From: a virus
Lineage: Duplodnaviria; Caudoviricetes
Virus record (IMG/VR): IMGVR_UViG_3300032306_000439
Location: 1-64,000 of that record
DNA length: 64,000 nt
Direction: 5' to 3' (one strand)
The translations under genes and the position numbers were made by a program. Each line of letters opens with the position of its first letter. Positions within the stretch are counted from its first letter, which is position 1. This document shows, piece after piece, positions 38,115 to 47,151 of the stretch. The notes under the pieces are model-generated. The model did not search any database, was not told the origin of the DNA, and saw nothing but the letters and a program-made list of their open reading frames with translations.

Positions 38115-41100
38115 AACCAGCCGCGTGCGCGACCTGTCCGCTGTATGGCAATGCGATGGCTGCCACAGTTAGCTCAGCTAACGTGTCTGTCTTGTTTCTC
38201 CTTGGGTCTCCGTATGAGTCGATGGGTACCAATAGAGCGTCCTTGACGTTCTCTGACAGGGCCAGCGACATTATCAAGAGGGCCGTAAGAGACCTGGCTA
38301 CTGAGGAGCAGGCGTCGCTTCCTTTGTCACTCGTGCATCCTATGGCAGAGCTGAGGAGAAGCATGAGCTTCTTGTATGCTGTGCAGTGCCTTGGGTGCGA
38401 CAACACTAACAAGATAATCGAGACTTGCGCCGAGAAGTTCACCCATCACACTATCTACACCAGAAAGCCCTCTGTGATAGTGGCCATGGGCTCAGTGGCT
38501 CTTAAGAGCCTTGGGCTGCACGGAGGCATAAAGAACCTGCGTGGGTGCGTGGTCAAGGCTAAGATCTGCGGCGAAGAGTTCACCGTAGTGCCTACGATTA
38601 GCCCTCTCAATCTTCTTGGAGACGACGCAGGTCTATACTCCATTATGAAGAATGACATAGCTAGAGCGGCTAAGGTAGCCTTCGAGACTGGGTACAGAGA
38701 GACCGATATCCCAGAGCTGACAAAGGGATACTCGTACCCTAACACTATCCCGGAGCTGGCTAAGCTTGCAGATGAGTACGCTAACTACTCATTCAATGGG
38801 CAGCCTCCTGAAAACTCAATGATGTCGCTCGACACGGAGACCAATACACTAAAGCCTTGGTCTTCCACCGCTCGAGTGATCATGCTGTCCGCTGCTGTGG
38901 CCCCAGGTAAATCCACGGCCATATTCCTAGAGCACGTAAAGGCGCCTTATGATTGGCGCAAAGCTCTGCCCTACGCTCTCAAGATCACCATGTCAGACAA
39001 CCCGAAGGCATGGTGGAACTACAAGTTTGACTATCAGATGTTCAAGTTCTGTCTCATGCCCAAGCTAAGTCAGCTGTGCAGCAGCCAGAAGTACAAGACA
39101 GACTTGGAGAGGATAGTAGGCAAGAGCCTAGAGGACATACTCAAAGTCAGCGGCATCAACAATACCAAGTGGGACGGACTCCTAGGTGAGCACATGCTAG
39201 ACGAGGACAAGAAGGGCTACTACAGCTTGAAGACTGTGGTGTCCGACTACGTCCCAGAGTTCTCTGGCTATGAGGACAAGCTAAAAGAAGAGTTCAAGAA
39301 GGCGCAGGAGAACAAGCTCCTTAGCTCGGTCACGGAGTTCAAAGACCCCGTTGTCGTGCCAGTGTTTGGCATAGATGAAGAGGAACTTCCCTTCAAGATG
39401 CCGGCAGCGCCCAAGACCTGCTCGGAGTTGCTTGCTTACGCAGAGGACAAGGTCGAGAAGATAGCTGAGCTGAGGAAGGCACAGGTAAAGAAGAACTACC
39501 CTAACCTTACCTCGGCTGAGATAGCCGCCAAGAAGCTTATCCTAAAGACCAAAGAGAATAGGCTAGCCGAGTGGATAAAGAGGGAGAAGGCGGAGGTCAA
39601 GCACTACGAGAGGTTCCTGCAGGACTACGTCTCTGACGGTCGGCTCAGCTATGAGGAGAGCTCCGACAAGGAAGACGTTGTTACCTACGAGGACTTGGAC
39701 CCCAACGTCCTTCAGCAGTACGCTGCAATCGACGCAGACGTAACCTTCCAGATCTGCCGCAGACAGAGAATCAACGCCAACAAAGAGGACAAGAAGACCT
39801 CAGACCTTGGCGTCCAGAAGCTGCTAACCCTCATGGGCAGACACTACCTGCCGCTAACCGAGGCACTGTCTAACATGCAGTCCGAGGGCGTGTGGGTAGA
39901 CAAGCAGTACCTGGAAGGCCTTCACGTAAGTATCAAGGAAAGCTCAGACAAGATAGAGCAGGAGATAAGAGAGACTCTTGCCCTAGACCTTGGCATAGAC
40001 TCCTCCAAGGAGTCCTTGGTACTCAACAATCCAAAGACGCTGGCTAATATCTTTGTGGCCTACTATGGCCTGCCTGTCATCAAGAAGACAGACAAGGGTT
40101 TCTCGTCAGTAGATGAGGACACTCTACAGGCCTATGCCGATATGGGCAACGATATAGCCAAGAAGGTTCTCGTATGGAGAAAGCTAGGAAAGGCTAAGTC
40201 GACATACGTGGATAGCTTCTTGGAGCTAAGCTCTGAGGACGGAAAGATACACGGCAACATCCACATCAATGGCACGTCCACCGGACGCTGCAGCTCCTCT
40301 AATCCAAACCTGCAGAACACTCCTCACACGCTGGGCGACACCAACATCAAGAAGTCGTTCATACCTACTCCCATTCATGAGGATTCTTGGTGGGAGTCGG
40401 AGAGCAACAGAGCTCAGGCGGAGGAGTTCGGCTGGATAAAGGGAGACCGCCTAGTATGGGCTGACCTAGACTTCTCTGGGGCTGAGGTCCGAGTTCTTAC
40501 CAGGTATGCCCCTGACCAAAGCTTGATAGAGGCCCTAGTAGAAGGCCTGGATGTTCACTCGTGGATGACTTCAGAGATCCACGGCTTGGACTATGCCAAG
40601 GTAAACACAGAGAGGGCCGTAAAAGGCTCCACTATGGAGTCTCTTAGGTCGGACACTAAGAAGGTAGTGTTCGGCACTCTGTACGGAATCACTGCGCACG
40701 GCCTAAATGCTCGCATGGGGTTCACTGAGGAGAGAGCTCAGGAAATCATTGATAAGCTGATGCAGCGCTTTCCTGATATCCAAACCTACATCGAGAACAC
40801 CAAGAGAGAAATCAGCGCCAAGGGATTTGTAGTTACTCCATACGGGAGGTTCAGGCGATTCCCCATGGCAAAGGTCGGCAGGTGGATGGAGGGTAGGAAC
40901 CACCGTCAGGGTGTAAACTTCCTAATCCAGTCCTACTGCAGTGACATTGTGATGAGCTGCCTAAAGAACATAGCAGCTACCCGCAAAGAGGTAAGCCTAA
41001 GACTACTGCTGACGGTGCATGACTCGATCTGCTTCGAGATGCCACTAAGGCTTGTTAAGGACTTGCCGGATTACTTGAGCAAGGCAGTAGAAGGGCACAT

Positions 41101-41209
41101 CAAAACAGTGTTCCCTGATATGCCTGTAACCATGCCTTACGACGTTACTGTCGGGTTCTCCTACGGAGAGACAAAGGACATTAAAAAGTTCGTCCAAAAT
41201 ATGGTATGA
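38111..41209 (+). CDS. polA: Family A DNA polymerase with N-terminal uracil-DNA-glycosylase-like domain
   Basis: Exo motifs SLDTET, NYKFD, YAAIDAD; pol motifs TGRCSSSNPNLQN, DFSGAEVR, KKVVFGTLYG, TVHDS; UDG-4-like N-terminus. Confidence 0.95.
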   Translation: MKPAACATCPLYGNAMAATVSSANVSVLFLLGSPYESMGTNRASLTFSDRASDIIKRAVRDLATEEQASLPLSLVHPMAELRRSMSFLYAVQCLGCDNTNKIIETCAEKFTHHTIYTRKPSVIVAMGSVALKSLGLHGGIKNLRGCVVKAKICGEEFTVVPTISPLNLLGDDAGLYSIMKNDIARAAKVAFETGYRETDIPELTKGYSYPNTIPELAKLADEYANYSFNGQPPENSMMSLDTETNTLKPWSSTARVIMLSAAVAPGKSTAIFLEHVKAPYDWRKALPYALKITMSDNPKAWWNYKFDYQMFKFCLMPKLSQLCSSQKYKTDLERIVGKSLEDILKVSGINNTKWDGLLGEHMLDEDKKGYYSLKTVVSDYVPEFSGYEDKLKEEFKKAQENKLLSSVTEFKDPVVVPVFGIDEEELPFKMPAAPKTCSELLAYAEDKVEKIAELRKAQVKKNYPNLTSAEIAAKKLILKTKENRLAEWIKREKAEVKHYERFLQDYVSDGRLSYEESSDKEDVVTYEDLDPNVLQQYAAIDADVTFQICRRQRINANKEDKKTSDLGVQKLLTLMGRHYLPLTEALSNMQSEGVWVDKQYLEGLHVSIKESSDKIEQEIRETLALDLGIDSSKESLVLNNPKTLANIFVAYYGLPVIKKTDKGFSSVDEDTLQAYADMGNDIAKKVLVWRKLGKAKSTYVDSFLELSSEDGKIHGNIHINGTSTGRCSSSNPNLQNTPHTLGDTNIKKSFIPTPIHEDSWWESESNRAQAEEFGWIKGDRLVWADLDFSGAEVRVLTRYAPDQSLIEALVEGLDVHSWMTSEIHGLDYAKVNTERAVKGSTMESLRSDTKKVVFGTLYGITAHGLNARMGFTEERAQEIIDKLMQRFPDIQTYIENTKREISAKGFVVTPYGRFRRFPMAKVGRWMEGRNHRQGVNFLIQSYCSDIVMSCLKNIAATRKEVSLRLLLTVHDSICFEMPLRLVKDLPDYLSKAVEGHIKTVFPDMPVTMPYDVTVGFSYGETKDIKKFVQNMV

Positions 41210-41217
41210 GTAAGCAC

Positions 41218-41740
41218 GCTGACATTTAGCAGATGAACTAATTAGTTCAGAAGCAGTTACTGCTTCAGAGTAACGAACACCCCTAGCCGTCCTTCGGACG
41301 CCTAGGAGGTGAGCAACTTCTTCCACGAGACCGCCAGGCAGAGAAATTCGTGCTAGTCAGCAAACAAGAGTCGAATGCGGAGAAACTCCGCAGTGGTACT
41401 TTCGGCGCTACGCGCCGTAGCAACAAGCCCGTCCGCCGGAGGAGCTCGGACATGGGAAAATACGTGACTAGCTAGCATATAAGTTTAGGCTGGCGATACG
41501 CCAGCAACGTTATTGACTGACCGGGCTGCGCCCGTTCAGCCTCGAGATGACCAGGACATCCGGTCAAATATAAATTCGTAGCTAGTAGTTAGTGAAGACA
41601 GCAGATAAAAGTTAAAGGGCAAGCTACTTGCTCTACGTACTTAACTACTCAGCAGGCCCTCGGGCCTTCGGCCCTCGGCTGAGTAGAATTAGGCGCTCAC
41701 CAATCATCAGCTAATGTGGAATAAAATTCGTGCTGTCACT
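41218..41740 (+). ncRNA. Array of four tandem structured units (110-150 nt), retron msr-msd-like
   Basis: AAAT(T/A)CGT at 41344, 41458, 41572, 41724; closing inverted repeats; 7-bp/3-nt hairpins at 41250, 41376, 41489, 41617; no credible ORF. The repeat structure is observed; ncRNA status and strand are inferred. Confidence 0.65.
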
Positions 41741-43325
41741 TACCGTAGAACGTCAGGTTGTTAGACTTTATCCTACCAGCTATCCAAGCAAAGACTTGGG
41801 CATGTAGGGCATCGTCTGGGCAAGAGGGTTCATGCCTCCACACTCTCTTTCCCATGGCAGTTACTTCTTCGTAGACGTTCATAACGTCGTCGAAGGCAGG
41901 CATGGATATCTTCTGGGTTGGATACTCCATCTGGCCATGCTTAACCTCCATGAGGAAGTTGTCTATCATGGTGGTTCTGTCAACTAAATAACGGTCCCGA
42001 CCATTCCATCTAAACGGAGGAGCGTCTCCCTCGGAAGACCCGTACTGCACGGCCCACACTCGGTTGTCGCCGTAAAGCTGGCGTAGCTGAGCGTTTGCCA
42101 TGTGACCCTCTCCAGCATCGCAGACTATGAGAGATACTGAGTGCAAGGCCATCACTCGGGCTATCTCCTTGACCGTTACGATTGGGTTCTCTTGCTGGAA
42201 TATTCGGTACCACAAGCATCTATACCTACCCCCAGCATTGACACCCCAGATCCAAGCGGCTGTTCTGCTGTGCCCTGACGTACCACCTCCTGACCAGTCA
42301 ACTCCTCCAACAACATGAACAGAGGAGTGCTTAATGGCCCCAGAAGGCTTCTCGTCAAAGGAGTAGTCAGCGCAGGATGACAACAGCTCGTCTAGTGCTA
42401 TAAACCTAGCGCCTACAGAGTCAGAGATGCCGAGAACCTCGTTCTTAAACTGCGAGTCTCCGTACTTCTCTAGCTTGGTTCTTATTCTTCCCCAGCGCTC
42501 TGGATTGTCATTGTTCTGGGGTAAGATAATCTGTGGGATATGGAATGACTTGATACGCTGATTTGCTGGGTCAGCGGGGTCAAGGTTCTCGGGTATAGGG
42601 TTCATGTCCACCCATACTCCGTTACGTGGATCCACATTCTTTTTACACTTCAGGCATACAGGTCCAGTGTTGCCTATGCCTGCATCAGAAATGTAAAAAG
42701 AATAGGAGTTACATCCAGAGCATTTGATGCACCACTCTCCCTGAGTAGACTGTCTCCAAAGAAACTCTATGGTGTTCTCCATGGTCTTTGGGGTGCCAGT
42801 GTAGGACATAAATCCGTAAGGAGAGTTAGCTGAGCATTCGGCAATGACAGGAATGACTTCGTCGTATAGAATGTCCTGTATCTCGTCGAAGTTAATCCTG
42901 TCTGCCGTATAGCCGCGAGCTCTGTCAGGATTGTCAGAGGCGTAGCTGAAGATAAGCTCAGAGCCATTCTTCAGGATCTTCAAGAATACGTTGTCCGGGG
43001 CTGACGGAGACAAGAAGTTGTCTCTGATCAACGGACTGTGCTGAATCATCTTAGCTATTCTCGTATTGGAGAAAGCGCTGGTCTGCTTCAGGGTCGGAGA
43101 TATGTACATGGTCTTGAAGAAAGGAGTTGAAACAACATCTGCTAGGGTAAAGGCCGCAGCAGATATAGACTTTCCGACCTGACGACCGCACTTCAGTAAG
43201 GTGTTCTTCCACATGCCCCTGTAGTAAGCATCGTACATAGGGTAGTCGTGTAGGGAGAACTGGTTTCCGTCAAGAAATAGGACGCTCTCAGCGAGCGAGC
43301 GTCTGTCTGTAGAGATCAGGGTCAT
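41736..43325 (-). CDS. terL: Terminase large subunit
   Basis: KCGRQVGKS, INFDEIQD, TGTPK, CxxC ribbon, GGVDWSGG, PDDALHA; start reassigned to MTLIST. Confidence 0.9.
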   Translation of the reverse strand: MTLISTDRRSLAESVLFLDGNQFSLHDYPMYDAYYRGMWKNTLLKCGRQVGKSISAAAFTLADVVSTPFFKTMYISPTLKQTSAFSNTRIAKMIQHSPLIRDNFLSPSAPDNVFLKILKNGSELIFSYASDNPDRARGYTADRINFDEIQDILYDEVIPVIAECSANSPYGFMSYTGTPKTMENTIEFLWRQSTQGEWCIKCSGCNSYSFYISDAGIGNTGPVCLKCKKNVDPRNGVWVDMNPIPENLDPADPANQRIKSFHIPQIILPQNNDNPERWGRIRTKLEKYGDSQFKNEVLGISDSVGARFIALDELLSSCADYSFDEKPSGAIKHSSVHVVGGVDWSGGGTSGHSRTAAWIWGVNAGGRYRCLWYRIFQQENPIVTVKEIARVMALHSVSLIVCDAGEGHMANAQLRQLYGDNRVWAVQYGSSEGDAPPFRWNGRDRYLVDRTTMIDNFLMEVKHGQMEYPTQKISMPAFDDVMNVYEEVTAMGKRVWRHEPSCPDDALHAQVFAWIAGRIKSNNLTFYGK

Positions 43326-43448
43326 ATGAGATCCGGATGTTTGTGGCTGAGTATTCTTTTCATAATCATAGGCGTGGCTTTTCCAAAAGTTACGGCTGTG
43401 ATTCTTGCCGGCGCATGGTACACCGTCATGCGCCTTTTGGGGTAGATA

Positions 43449-44621
43449 ATGTCTGAGAAGTTTTGGGAAGAGATCGGCGTGCCCTTGAGCAGCATCGGCC
43501 AGGCCCGGAAGATCGTGGAGCTGGCGTTCGCCAGCGGCACGGTCCCCTGCTTGGTCGGCCACGCCGGCATCGGCAAGACCGAGACCTACAAGCAGATCGC
43601 CCGCGACCGGGGCTGGGGCTACGTGGCGCTCTACGCCCAGTTGTCCATGCCCGAGGACATCGCGGGCCTGCCCTTCCGAGCGGAGGACGGCAAGTCGTAC
43701 GACTGCCTCATCGACAAGAGACTGCGGGAGAAGGTCGAGGCCAACCCGCAGGGCGGCATCCTGGTCTTCGAGGAGGTGAACCGCGCCTCCCGTGACACGG
43801 CCAGCGCCGTCTTCGCCTTCATGGACAACCGTGGAGCCGGCTCGTGGCGCCTGCCGGACACCTGGCACATCGCCATCGCGCAGAACCCTGCCGGTGGCGA
43901 ATATGCGGTCAACGACCTCAACTCCGATCACGCCTTCAGGCGGCGTGTGACCTGGGTTGCGGTGCGTGAGGACGCCCGTGGCTGGATCGAGTACGGCGAG
44001 AAAACGGGCTTCGATAGCCGTGTGATCGAGTACGTCAAGGCCCACCCGGCCATGCTGCTCGACGCCACCACACGCACCTCCGGAAAGACCTACGCCAATC
44101 CGGCGGCGTGGGAGAAGGTGTCGAAGACCCTCACGGCTATGAAGTCCCTGGGGATCAACGACCTTGAGCTGGCTCGGGCCAAGCTCAGCGGCGACATTGG
44201 CGAGGTTGCTGCGGACGGCTTCATCGAGTACGTCAAGAACAGCGACAGCGTGATGTCCCCGCAGGAGGTCCTGTCCTACTACGCGGACAAGAACTCCGAC
44301 ATTCGTCGGAGGGTCAAGGGGAAGATCAGCGAAGGCGCACTCGACAGGGTCAGCGCCCTGGCGTCCAGCGTTGTGCAGGAGCTTGTCCGTGGCAAGCCGG
44401 AGGCGTGCAAGGAGCTGGCCGCCAACATTGGCGAGTTCCTTCTCGACTTGCCGAAGGAGCTTACGGCAGCATTCTTCAGCGAGATGTCCTCGAGCAAGAC
44501 GCCCGAGGACGCGCCGTACTTGGCCCGTGTCAACAAGTACTGCGGTCTCAACGGCAGCTACCAGAAGGCCATCAAGGGCCTGTCGAAGTCCATCGAGGCT
44601 GTCGAGGACGAGATCAGCTGA
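43449..44621 (+). CDS. MoxR-like AAA+ ATPase
   Basis: GHAGIGKT, LVFEEVNRA, AQNP, DHAFRRR, NPAAWE. Confidence 0.88.
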   Translation: MSEKFWEEIGVPLSSIGQARKIVELAFASGTVPCLVGHAGIGKTETYKQIARDRGWGYVALYAQLSMPEDIAGLPFRAEDGKSYDCLIDKRLREKVEANPQGGILVFEEVNRASRDTASAVFAFMDNRGAGSWRLPDTWHIAIAQNPAGGEYAVNDLNSDHAFRRRVTWVAVREDARGWIEYGEKTGFDSRVIEYVKAHPAMLLDATTRTSGKTYANPAAWEKVSKTLTAMKSLGINDLELARAKLSGDIGEVAADGFIEYVKNSDSVMSPQEVLSYYADKNSDIRRRVKGKISEGALDRVSALASSVVQELVRGKPEACKELAANIGEFLLDLPKELTAAFFSEMSSSKTPEDAPYLARVNKYCGLNGSYQKAIKGLSKSIEAVEDEIS

Positions 44622-44634
44622 TAGCTAAAGGGCT

Positions 44635-44663
44635 ACGGGACCCTATCCAAATCCCGTTTTTTT
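44635..44663 (+). terminator. Rho-independent terminator
   Basis: ACGGGA...TCCCGT stem followed by a T-run after the AAA gene. Confidence 0.65.
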
Positions 44664-44684
44664 AAATCCTAGCTAGAGGACCAA

Positions 44685-46493
44685 TTGTTAAAAGATCACT
44701 TTCCATTTAGCTCTCCTCCGTACAAGCATCAGCTAAAGGTGTTTAGTGCCATAGAGGAGTGTAGGAGGACTGGGCTAGGAAAGAAGTTCGTCCTCCTGCG
44801 AGGCCCAACGGGGTGCGGCAAGTCTGCCATCGCCATTACCCTTGCTCTAGAGGCAGCCTCTCAGGGCAAGTCAACTCACGTACTAGCGTCTCATAGGTTC
44901 CTGCAGTCACAATACCTGAATGACTTTGAGCAGTTTGGGCTGAGGAATCTGTGGGGTAAGAGGAACTATAACTGCAGGCTAGCCGAGGTACACGGAGTAA
45001 CCCTAAACGGAAGGACTCCTGACTGCGGCGAGTGCATGGCCTACAGGAGAGATCTGTCCAGAAAGATATCTAAGCTCTCCGGCAAGGACTTCATAGCCTC
45101 GCACTGCTCTTCAAAAGAGCCGGGGGATCTGTGCCACTACACCAAGGCTCGGATGTCTGCGTCTACCTCCAGGATAGCCCTAACTAATTACAACAGCTTT
45201 CTGGCCCACACCTTCTACACGGAGACGCTCGGTAAGAGAGACCTGCTGATAGTAGACGAGGCCCATCTTCTGGCAGACCGTTTAGCAGGCTTCCTTACCA
45301 CAGAGGTACCCCTGCTGGACGAGTGGGTGGAGGGACACAGCAACTCCAAGAACCCCAAGGATCACTTGGCCTGGCTTAACACTGTAGTTAAGAACCAGCT
45401 ACTGGCTACTGTTGAAGGAATGGCTAAGGCTATTAATCATGGCATATCCATACACATGGATGACATGTTTAACTCCTTAGTAGATAACAACCCCATGTAT
45501 GCAGAGATAGCTGCATCAGTACCCAATGGCAAAGACTCAGAAGAGGTAGACTTTGTAAAGCTGTACCAGCTCTACAAAAAGATAGAGAAGCTGCTGGAAT
45601 CAGCCACCCTTAACCCAAATTACTGGGTAGTAGACATCGTAGACAAGAACGTTCCGGGCGTAGGGGTAGAAAAAGTACTGGAGTATAAGCCTGTTAAGGT
45701 AGGAAAGATGGCTGAGACCTACCTGTTCAAGTACGCTGACGAGGTAGTCCTCATGTCAGCGACTATGAACACGGGACCTTTCCTATCTGATCTAGGCATT
45801 GAGTCGGATGACATAAAGGCATTCATAGACCTGCCTTCTGTGTTTCCTCTGTCAACTAGACCGATAATAAACATACCAGTTGGCAGTATGGCTAGGTCTA
45901 ACAGAGATGAGACTATCGTAAAGATAGCTCGTCAGCTAGAGGACTTGATACTAAACAAGCACCCAGGTGAGAAGGGAGTTATCCATCTCCACAGCTTCAA
46001 GAACGGTCATGACCTGTACAAGCTTCTTAGTTACAAGGCCCGAAGCAAGATCATCTGGCACTTAACAAGCGACAACGTTCGTATAGAAGACCTAACGGAG
46101 AAGTTCTTCAAGTCAAAGGACAGCTGGCTAGCCAGCCCGTCTATCGTTGAGGGCTTAGATGGCAAAGATGACAGAGTAAGAGTTCAGGCTCTTATAAAGG
46201 CGCCCTACCCCAACATAGGTAGCGCTCAGGTCAGTGCCAGAAGAAACCTCAAGGACGGCCATGAGTGGTACCTAGCACAAGCGGCCAACAGCCTAGTGCA
46301 GGCGTACGGTAGAGGTACACGTCACGCTAACGACTATAGCGTCATGTACGTCCTGGACTCTGAGGTGTCCAAGGCCGTAGCTAGCGCGGCAGGCGTAATA
46401 CCTAAGTGGTTTATGGACGCCTGGAATATATCGCAGCCAAGTAACTGGACTCTACAGGACGGTAGATACGTCAATAGTCCAGCGACACGTTAG
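44685..46493 (+). CDS. DinG/XPD-family helicase
   Basis: YKHQ, GPTGCGKS, GKRNYNC with Cys cluster, IVDEAH, MSAT, EGLD, QAYGRGTR. Confidence 0.88.
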   Translation: MLKDHFPFSSPPYKHQLKVFSAIEECRRTGLGKKFVLLRGPTGCGKSAIAITLALEAASQGKSTHVLASHRFLQSQYLNDFEQFGLRNLWGKRNYNCRLAEVHGVTLNGRTPDCGECMAYRRDLSRKISKLSGKDFIASHCSSKEPGDLCHYTKARMSASTSRIALTNYNSFLAHTFYTETLGKRDLLIVDEAHLLADRLAGFLTTEVPLLDEWVEGHSNSKNPKDHLAWLNTVVKNQLLATVEGMAKAINHGISIHMDDMFNSLVDNNPMYAEIAASVPNGKDSEEVDFVKLYQLYKKIEKLLESATLNPNYWVVDIVDKNVPGVGVEKVLEYKPVKVGKMAETYLFKYADEVVLMSATMNTGPFLSDLGIESDDIKAFIDLPSVFPLSTRPIINIPVGSMARSNRDETIVKIARQLEDLILNKHPGEKGVIHLHSFKNGHDLYKLLSYKARSKIIWHLTSDNVRIEDLTEKFFKSKDSWLASPSIVEGLDGKDDRVRVQALIKAPYPNIGSAQVSARRNLKDGHEWYLAQAANSLVQAYGRGTRHANDYSVMYVLDSEVSKAVASAAGVIPKWFMDAWNISQPSNWTLQDGRYVNSPATR

Positions 46494-47151
46494 ATCCCTC
46501 AAGCTGGGACTTGAGAAGGTCCTTACGTGTCTTAAGGTAGAGCGCGGCCTCCCTAAGTATGCGGGCCTGCACAGACGCTGCGTCGTCTTCGTCGTAGTAG
46601 TCTACCTTAGTAGACGTAAGGACCTTGACCAAGTCTTCCTTGAGCTTGGTAAAGTCATGCGTCTTGGACGTTATCATGTCCAAGTGCTTTGACGCAAAGG
46701 TCAGCTCTGGTGGCACCATGACCAGTCCGTTGTGCGCTAGAACGCAAGCAACGTACATAGCCGTGTCGTCTCCGTATTCCTCTGGGCCTGGGCGACCGTC
46801 GTAGTGATTAGCTACGTACCTAGCCTCAGTCGTACCCCACACAAGCTCGCCAACAGAGCACTCATTGACACTCTCTGGTAGAGCTATGCGCCCGTTGAGG
46901 GACTCCATTAGGTTGTTGTAAACCTTGTAGTCCCACAGGTGGCTGGGGCACAAGCGTATAGCCGTGACTGCTAGCAGTCTGTCTCTAGCTTCTTCGTCTG
47001 GTAGACATCCTATCTCATCCAGATACGTAAGAAGAGTGTCAAACTCCCAGGCTGCGTGCGCTCCGTTGGTGAGCGCATCACACGCTAGGGACAAAGAGAT
47101 TCCAAAAGACTCTGGGTCTTTTAGTATCGCTATGGCTTTGTCACGCAGCAC
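46471..47151 (-). CDS. Hypothetical (virion-associated) protein
   Basis: 226 aa, coupled to the upstream gene. Confidence 0.7.
   Translation of the reverse strand: MLRDKAIAILKDPESFGISLSLACDALTNGAHAAWEFDTLLTYLDEIGCLPDEEARDRLLAVTAIRLCPSHLWDYKVYNNLMESLNGRIALPESVNECSVGELVWGTTEARYVANHYDGRPGPEEYGDDTAMYVACVLAHNGLVMVPPELTFASKHLDMITSKTHDFTKLKEDLVKVLTSTKVDYYDEDDAASVQARILREAALYLKTRKDLLKSQLEGSNVSLDY

Noticed and set aside
41045-41326. 93-aa minus-strand ORF over the start of the array
   Set aside because: Overlaps polA antisense, has no motif, and the region is better explained by the hairpin layout.
41218-41740. CRISPR array or tRNA cluster
   Set aside because: The conserved sequence is only ~8 nt, the intervening parts are ~110 nt and structured, no cas genes are present, and no cloverleaf or T-loop pattern is visible.
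43326-44045. 240-aa N-terminal extension of terminase in the ORF track
   Set aside because: Antisense shadow of the GC-rich AAA gene; terminase-like sequence begins at MTLIST.
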